Source: Nitrososphaerota archaeon (GTDB taxonomy: Archaea > Thermoproteota > Nitrososphaeria > PSMU01). From it: a stretch of 64,000 nt of DNA. Where the stretch lies: positions 294,303-358,302 of the forward strand of contig PSMU01000002.1 of the NCBI GenBank assembly GCA_040290255.1, read 5' to 3'. Below, piece after piece: positions 58,572 through 64,000 of this stretch. Numbering within the stretch: position 1 is the stretch's first letter; each line of letters starts with the position of its first letter. Below the pieces are notes generated by a model. It saw nothing but the letters and a program-made list of their open reading frames with translations. It did not search any database and was not told where the DNA came from. The translations under genes and the position numbers were made by a program.

Positions 58572-59090
58572 ATGAGGCAAGATGAGGAAGTGAGGAAGAG
58601 CCTAATAATAGGAGGAATAGTATTAATAATATTGGGTTTTGCCCTCTCGCTAGCCCTCCCAATAATACTCGTCCCGATATCCGAAAAGATCACATATCAA
58701 GAAGTCTCCCCACTCCATTATGGTACGCTAACTTTTTTCCTTAAACAAGGCGATAGGATAGAGGGCGAATTTACCGTCAGAGGCGGAAACGACGATATAA
58801 TATTCTATATCAAAGACCCCTACGGTAATATCATTTATGAGCCCGCCGGCCAGGTACATGGTTGGCATAAGTTCAGCATCACGGCGAGTAGTAATGGAGC
58901 CTATACGCTGTATTTCGATAATACCTTTTCTCTAATCACAAGTAAGTCCGTATATCTGACCATACGCATATGCCCGTGTGGGCTCCTTGAAACGGCGAGA
59001 ATTCTCGGTATTTCCGCGATGATACCGGGCGCAATTATGGTAGCAATAGGGATGATCCTTAAGCCTAAAGTAAAGGAGGCAAAAGTCTAA
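58572..59090 (+). CDS. Membrane protein with emp24/p24 GOLD-like extracellular domain
   Basis: N-terminal TM, then V.GGNDDI.F.I.DP.G and GAYTLYFDNTFSLITSKSVYL, then a C-terminal TM. GAAAAGGCTTAAGTA lies about 24 nt before ATG 58572. Confidence 0.75.
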   Translation: MRQDEEVRKSLIIGGIVLIILGFALSLALPIILVPISEKITYQEVSPLHYGTLTFFLKQGDRIEGEFTVRGGNDDIIFYIKDPYGNIIYEPAGQVHGWHKFSITASSNGAYTLYFDNTFSLITSKSVYLTIRICPCGLLETARILGISAMIPGAIMVAIGMILKPKVKEAKV

Positions 59091-59118
59091 CTCAATCTAT
59101 AGCTTCAATTTTTTATCA

Positions 59119-59494
59119 TCATCTAATAAATTCCATTAAAGAGTGATATGGTGCCTTCATACTATCAGAGCTACCTCTCACGAAGAACCTCCTCGTTTTA
59201 GTTATTACCTCAATTACTCCTTTCTTCGCTGTGAATCCCTCCTCCCTAAACCTAATGGTTTCGATGCCCTCAAGCTTCGCTGATACTATATCTCTTTTCT
59301 TTATTGGTTAAATATAGGTAGTACTGTACTTGATATTTCCATACTCGACTAACTCTGGGCTTTGATACCTCACCTCTTCTGCGGGCATAAGCCATTGCTT
59401 CTAAGCCTACCACTTTTTCAGGTTCAGCCTTTAAGAATTGCCTGAATTCAGCTAAAGTCTCCTCAAACGCCTTATTTTTTAACTCAGACATCAT
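59119..59494 (-). pseudogene. PH-like domain protein interrupted by a frameshift near 59300
   Basis: YLYLTNK continues in a shifted frame as KRDIVSAKLEGIETIRFREEGFTAKKGVIEVITKTRRFFVRG...LMEFIR*. Confidence 0.5.
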
Positions 59495-59540
59495 TCAGGC
59501 TCCTCCGCCTAAATAGAGGCTAAGGAGCCATGTATGTTTT

Positions 59541-59555
59541 ACTTTAACTTTCTAG
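59541..59555 (-). repeat. Right inverted arm ACTTTAACTTTCTAG
   Basis: Its reverse complement CTAGAAAGTTAAAGT matches the left arm at 14/15. Confidence 0.8.
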
Positions 59556-59567
59556 GCAAGCCCTAAA

Positions 59568-59592
59568 GTACTCCTTTGAGTTGGTACGCTAG
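59568..59592 (+). repeat. Right att core GTACTCCTTT followed by the displaced original DUF35 3' end (GAG TTG GTA CGC TAG)
   Basis: In frame with the DUF35 gene if the element is removed; its TAG overlaps the convergent menA stop. Confidence 0.8.
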
Positions 59593-60476
59593 GCGAGGAG
59601 CCTGCCGAGCAGGAGGCCCAGGATGTACAGCGCCATGAAGAGCAGGAGCAGCGCTGCCGTCCTTGGGTCGGCATCATCGGGCATGGCCCTGCGGAAGTCG
59701 CGCAGAAGGGCCAGGGCCCTGCCCACGGTGGCCAAGGGCAGGAGCGTGAGCGGGCTGAAGTTAAGAAGGGCCACGCCCAAGGGCGGCCACGCGTAGCAAA
59801 GGAGCAGCAGCGCGGAGAAGAGCGAGAGGGCCCTTCGCTTCCCCAGCAGCGAGGGCAGCGTGGTAATGCCCGAGGCCGAATCATAGTCTATATCCCTTAT
59901 GTTGTTGGCCATCAGCACCAGCGCCACCAAGATCCCCATCGGGATGGAGGAAAAGAGGACCTGCGCGGAAAGCCTGCCGGTGAGCACGAAGTAGACGCCG
60001 CTGACCATAAGGGGCCCCCAGGCCAGGAAGACGGCCAGCTCCCCGGCCGCCCTGTACTTGAGCTGCAGGGGGCCCATGGTGTAGAAGGCGCTGGCCACCA
60101 TGCCGGCCGAGGCTAGGGCCAGGATGAGCGGGCCCCTGAGCAGGGAGAGGTAGGCCGCCACCGCCCAGGCCAGCGCGTAGAGGGCCGCGCAATAAACGAG
60201 AAGGGGCCTAGTGCCCAGCTGTCCATAGAGATGTGGGTGCGGCCTGTAGCGCGCCGTAGGAGCGCCGGGCCTATCGACGCCCCTGCGCACGTCAAAGTAG
60301 TCGTTCAGCAGGTTGGTGGCCGCATGCGCTGAGATGAGCGCAAGGAGGGTGAGCAGGAAGAGAGGGGGCTCGAAGGCCTGCGCTTCCTGGGCTAGGGCGC
60401 CCGCCAGGGCGGAGGAGAGGACCGTCATGATGAACGACCACGGCCTGGTCGCCAGGAACAGCGCGGCCGGGCGCAT
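59589..60476 (-). CDS. menA: MenA-like UbiA prenyltransferase
   Basis: ATRPWS, NDYFD...GVD, YT.GP..LKY...GE and NNIRD...D...G..TL motifs. Confidence 0.82.
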   Translation of the reverse strand: MRPAALFLATRPWSFIMTVLSSALAGALAQEAQAFEPPLFLLTLLALISAHAATNLLNDYFDVRRGVDRPGAPTARYRPHPHLYGQLGTRPLLVYCAALYALAWAVAAYLSLLRGPLILALASAGMVASAFYTMGPLQLKYRAAGELAVFLAWGPLMVSGVYFVLTGRLSAQVLFSSIPMGILVALVLMANNIRDIDYDSASGITTLPSLLGKRRALSLFSALLLLCYAWPPLGVALLNFSPLTLLPLATVGRALALLRDFRRAMPDDADPRTAALLLLFMALYILGLLLGRLLA

Positions 60477-60499
60477 GGGCTCGGTGGCCGTGAGGGCTA

Positions 60500-61117
60500 T
60501 TAAGCTTGTGGGAGGAACGGGAGCAGCACGAAGGCCAGCTCATCCCAGAGAGCATGGCTGGAGGCGGCAAGGGCGAGCGAGTTGGAGAGGTGGAAGAGGA
60601 GCCCGAAGACGAGGCCGAGGGCCAGCGCGAGCGCCAGAAGGGGGAGGTTGAGCGTCCAGAGGTGGATGCTGGCGTAAAGCAGCGAGGTCAGAAGCAGCGC
60701 CCGCGCGGGGCTGTAGCGGCTGGCGAGCCTGCTCTGCACGTAGCCCCTCCAGAAGGCCTCCTCCGAAGCCCCGACATATGCGAGCAGGAGCGAGAGCGGC
60801 ACCTTGGGCAGGCCAGAGCCGAGGGCATAAACGGCCCTGGCGCCGGCCTCCACGAGCGGCCTGAACACCTGAAAGGAGAGGGAGGCCAACCAATATAATG
60901 GAAGGGCCGAGGCCGCTCCGAGGGCTATGCTTGCCAAAAGAACAGGCCCAGGGGGCCTGGGCCTGGACCTCAGCGAGCTCGCGGACAGCAGAAGGAGCAC
61001 GCTAGCAGCAACGCCAAGCCTGTACCAGAAGAGGCTGAAGTCCAGCCTAAAGGCCAACAGCCAGCAGAAGTGGGCCAGGGCCAGCGAAGCAGAGAGGCGG
61101 GGGCTAGGGGAGCTCAT
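60500..61117 (-). CDS. CPBP intramembrane protease
   Basis: EEAFWRG, YASIH and SHALWD motifs plus TM helices. Confidence 0.85.
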   Translation of the reverse strand: MSSPSPRLSASLALAHFCWLLAFRLDFSLFWYRLGVAASVLLLLSASSLRSRPRPPGPVLLASIALGAASALPLYWLASLSFQVFRPLVEAGARAVYALGSGLPKVPLSLLLAYVGASEEAFWRGYVQSRLASRYSPARALLLTSLLYASIHLWTLNLPLLALALALGLVFGLLFHLSNSLALAASSHALWDELAFVLLPFLPQA

Positions 61118-62108
61118 CTCTGAAGCAGCGCACGGCCTCCGCGAAGTTGCCCACCGGCGATATGATCAGCAGGTCGAGGCCCTGGTCCAGATACCTGCCC
61201 AGGGCCGCGCGGGCCTCGGAGGGCGTGCCCGAGGCGGTCAGGGCGAGCACCATCTCATCGCTTATCAGCGAGGATGCCAGGGCTAGGTCGCGCCTCCTCC
61301 AGGCCTCCCTTATCTGCGGCAGGCCCTCCGTGCGCACCCCAAGCTCCGCCAGGGTTTTCTCGGGCACCACCTCGGCCAGCTGATAGATGAAGTAGGGGTC
61401 CCTCTTCACGGCATCCAGTGCCCTACGAGGGCTAGCGTCCACGGAAGCGAGAATATAGGCCGCCTTGTCCACGCGCCTCCCTTGCCTAGCCTCGCCCTCC
61501 CTAACCCACGCAAGCATTTGGGCAAGGTGCGATGGCGTGGCCACGCCGGGCGAGGTGATAGCGCCGTCGGCCACGCGCGCTGCGTTGGCCAGCGTCCTAG
61601 GGCTCAGGGAGGCCAGGTAGATGGGTATCGCTCCTTGGGCCCGGGTCATAAGGCGCAGCCTCCTTACGGTGTAGAAGTCGCCCTCCAAGAGGGCCTCCTC
61701 GCCGCCTATGAGCGCCCTTATGATCTTGATGGCCTCCAGCAGGCGCCGCAGGGGCCTGGTCTTCTCCACGGGGTGCACGGGATAGCCTATGAGCGGAAGC
61801 CAGGGGAAGCCGCCCAGCCCTATGCCCAGGGAAAACCTGCCGCCCGATGCATTATGGAGCGTGATGGCGGAGCTCGCGAGCAGGACGGGATGGCGCGTGA
61901 TGACGCTGGTGCAGCCTACGCCGAGCCGAATCCTCGAGGTGGCCCGCGCGACGAGCAGCAGCGCGGCCAGGCTATCGCCCCAGAGGGGGTTCTCATGGAC
62001 CCAGAAGGAGTCGTAGCCGAGCTCCTCCGCCGCCTTCGCCTGGGCCACGAGGTCCTCCAGGCTCTGGGCCCCCACCGGCAGAGGTGAACCTATGCCAAGG
62101 CGGGCCAC
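61104..62108 (-). CDS. Luciferase-like (LLM) F420/flavin-dependent oxidoreductase
   Basis: AEELGYDSFWVHE, RHP, SGGRFSLGIG.G, IPIYLA and A.VADG motifs. GTG 62108 fits the promoter spacing. Confidence 0.85.
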   Translation of the reverse strand: MARLGIGSPLPVGAQSLEDLVAQAKAAEELGYDSFWVHENPLWGDSLAALLLVARATSRIRLGVGCTSVITRHPVLLASSAITLHNASGGRFSLGIGLGGFPWLPLIGYPVHPVEKTRPLRRLLEAIKIIRALIGGEEALLEGDFYTVRRLRLMTRAQGAIPIYLASLSPRTLANAARVADGAITSPGVATPSHLAQMLAWVREGEARQGRRVDKAAYILASVDASPRRALDAVKRDPYFIYQLAEVVPEKTLAELGVRTEGLPQIREAWRRRDLALASSLISDEMVLALTASGTPSEARAALGRYLDQGLDLLIISPVGNFAEAVRCFRDELP

Positions 62109-62200
62109 GGGCCCCCTGGCGCCCAACGATATATGCGCGTATCGCCCTTTGCGCTCCGTGGCTAAGCGAAGGTTTTTAACGCATAGCTCCACGGGTGCCG

Positions 62201-62521
62201 ATGCTCTTTCTGGTCCGAGTTAAAGTGCGGCAGCCTGAGCAGATGAGCCAGAAGCAGCTCATGCAAGCCTGGCAGCGCGAGGCCGAGGCCGCGCTGGGCG
62301 CCCTGAAGGCCGGCAGGGTCAAGGGCCTCTATAAGGTCACGGGCAGAAGGGAAGCCATCGCCATCCTCGATGTCTCCTCCCATGAGGAGTTGGACAGGAT
62401 CCTGGAGGGGCTTCCGATAGTTAGGGAGCTGGGGCCATGGGTGCGAATCGATGTTACGCCAATACACCCCTACGAGAGCTTCTATGAGCTCATCAGGAAG
62501 ATGGCCTCCGAAGCGGGGTAG
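62201..62521 (+). CDS. Muconolactone isomerase-like protein
   Basis: MLFLV.V.V..P, W..E...A, YKV.G, DV.SHEELD..L..LP and VTP..PY motifs; TTTTTAA upstream. Confidence 0.75.
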   Translation: MLFLVRVKVRQPEQMSQKQLMQAWQREAEAALGALKAGRVKGLYKVTGRREAIAILDVSSHEELDRILEGLPIVRELGPWVRIDVTPIHPYESFYELIRKMASEAG

Positions 62522-62578
62522 ATAACGCAAAGGGGCTGAGCTCGCAGTGGGCCAGGGCGCTGCTGCTCTTGCGCGGGG

Positions 62579-63841
62579 TTAACCGGCCGGCGATGCTCGA
62601 AATGCCGAACGGCCGGCAAGCGGCGGCCGCGACGGGACTATGTCCTCATCACGCGCGGCGAGAGCTGCGTATTCTGGGCCGGCCTCGACGGAGGAATCCT
62701 GCAGAAGGGCCAACGGCCAAGCTAAAAGGACGGCGAGGGCTTGTGGGGTGCCCTGTGATGTACCTGGGGAGGTCTGTTCCCTGATGGCGCCGCCCGGCCT
62801 GCTCAGCAGGTGGGCATAGCGTATGCTCTGAACGAGAAAGGCCTGAACCGAACGATCATGCTCTATCACGTCGCTCGCCATCGCCCCAAAATGTATGACC
62901 AAGCCTTTCTGATATACATGTAGGTAAGCAGCTATGACGTCGTGGTCGTGAGGTTTATGCCTCTGCCAGACGGCTATTATGGTCGTATGGCTCATGTTGA
63001 GTAACCTGTTTTCCTCGTGGCCATGGTAGGACAGGAAGACCCTGGGCCCGAAGAGCCTGTAGAGGTTTATGATGATGGGATTCGTGGTGTTGGCATCTAT
63101 GGCCAGCAGGGCACCAGTATAGCTGCCGGGGTCATAACAGCAGTAGTCGCTCGCTAGCCAATTAGCATTTTCATCCCGCCATCTGCTATATACGTCGGGG
63201 CGTGCGGCGGTTCCGTTGAAGGACCAGCCATGTCCCCGGACCAGGGAAAGGCGGTGGGCCCGCGGCCAATACATCACCTCGGCCAGGAAAGTGGTCGCGT
63301 CCATAACGAGCAGGAATCCCCCGGATGCCACAAACCTCCTTATATCGTAGTATTCCCTTGCCGTCACATACTCCTCAAAGCCCAAGATGAGCAGGTCAAA
63401 CTGCCTTTCGCCCTTCGCGTCAAAGAGCGCGCCTCGGTCGATGTCTATATCGGAGATGACCCATATATTCTTGCCGAGCTGCAGGCCCGCCCTGCCGGCC
63501 TCCTTCGAAATGACGAAGTTATAGAGGCCGCGGGCCCAGCCCCAGTCATCGACTATGCTGGCGTTCAAGAAGTGAAGGTCGCTCCTGACCGTTTCGTTGC
63601 GTTTAGTATGAGCGTGCTTGTGAAAGAAGAAGTAGAATGAGGAGTAGGCGGTCGCAGTGAAGACAGGCTTCACTATGGCCATGCGTAGCCCCCTGCTACC
63701 TAGCTGCGAGAGAAGGTCGGGGAGCCCCGGGGTAGCGGCTACTTCGGGCTGAGGACTCGCATAGGTCCCGAGCGAGCCTGCCCTCAGTATATCAGGGACA
63801 AGCAGTGCAAAGAGCATGATGAGAGATATGACCGCCGCCAT
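62579..63841 (-). CDS. Secreted or membrane-anchored protein with N,N-dimethylformamidase beta-subunit-like C-terminal domain
   Basis: Hydrophobic N-terminus, P.FT.TAY, D.D.., LILG.EEY.T...Y....RFV..GG.L and GHSW-like motifs; lower GC than its neighbours. Start uncertain (63841 or 63853). Confidence 0.6.
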   Translation of the reverse strand: MAAVISLIMLFALLVPDILRAGSLGTYASPQPEVAATPGLPDLLSQLGSRGLRMAIVKPVFTATAYSSFYFFFHKHAHTKRNETVRSDLHFLNASIVDDWGWARGLYNFVISKEAGRAGLQLGKNIWVISDIDIDRGALFDAKGERQFDLLILGFEEYVTAREYYDIRRFVASGGFLLVMDATTFLAEVMYWPRAHRLSLVRGHGWSFNGTAARPDVYSRWRDENANWLASDYCCYDPGSYTGALLAIDANTTNPIIINLYRLFGPRVFLSYHGHEENRLLNMSHTTIIAVWQRHKPHDHDVIAAYLHVYQKGLVIHFGAMASDVIEHDRSVQAFLVQSIRYAHLLSRPGGAIREQTSPGTSQGTPQALAVLLAWPLALLQDSSVEAGPEYAALAARDEDIVPSRPPLAGRSAFRASPAG

Positions 63842-64000
63842 GCGGGTCCCCATGGGGGGCGGCGGCCTAATAAGGGCTTTTTTTGAAACGGGTAGATCCC
63901 CTCTCGGACCCAAACATCGCGGGCTCCGCATAAAGGGCATAGCGCAGGCCCCTACTTAGCGGGTGGGGATGCCCTCATCTTTGGCCAGGTGCTCCGGCCG

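Larger units (their letters stand above)
56362..59567. mobile_element. 3.2-kb integrated, decaying element (provirus/plasmid/satellite remnant) with no recognisable integrase
   Basis: Abrupt drop to about 40-45% GC by eye, 10-bp flanking direct repeat, 14/15-bp subterminal inverted repeats, several frameshifted ORFs and SD-led genes. Confidence 0.85.

Noticed and set aside
59061-59090. Lys-rich tail of the GOLD protein as a eukaryotic dilysine retrieval signal
   Set aside because: KEAKV does not fit KKxx or KxKxx; it is more simply a positive-inside tail.
56362-59567. IS element, MITE or casposon interpretation of the island
   Set aside because: No transposase, Cas1 or PolB remnant was recognised, and the inverted repeats are unequally offset from the ends. 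Disfavoured but not fully excluded.
63956-64000. Possible 3' end of a minus-strand gene (RPEHLAKDEGIPTR*)
   Set aside because: Only 14 codons lie inside the window, so it cannot be supported or identified.

Overview
This is a densely coding, GC-rich (about 60-68% by eye) archaeal chromosome segment. The gene set and order (TFE-beta/RPC34 homologue, Alba, RpoK, cyclophilin-like gene coupled to ATP-dependent ligase, cofE/D/C, Rieske + cytochrome b, heme O synthase, FBP aldolase/phosphatase) suggest an aerobic, amino-acid-catabolising member of the TACK/Nitrososphaerota radiation; this is inference, and no database search was run. About 60 housekeeping and metabolic genes are present, and most unit-leading genes have a TATA-like box about 21-25 nt before the start codon, consistent with leaderless mRNAs. 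No tRNA, rRNA or CRISPR array was seen. The main accessory feature is a 3.2-kb AT-richer integrated element (56362-59567) bounded by an exact 10-bp direct repeat (GTACTCCTTT) inside the 3' end of a DUF35 gene. It supplies a same-length replacement C-terminus (YSFFLVS* for YSFELVR*), has 15-bp inverted arms that form a symmetric 55-bp attP-like site if circularised, encodes no recognisable integrase, and carries decaying genes plus an intact GOLD/p24-like membrane protein. Other leads are an unannotated 30-aa poly-Glu/aromatic microprotein, a KaiC-like ATPase/AEP primase-polymerase pair next to DNA ligase, two apparent pseudo-enzymes in a sugar-nucleotide cluster, and a small RNase-fold-like ORF coupled to nrdJ.
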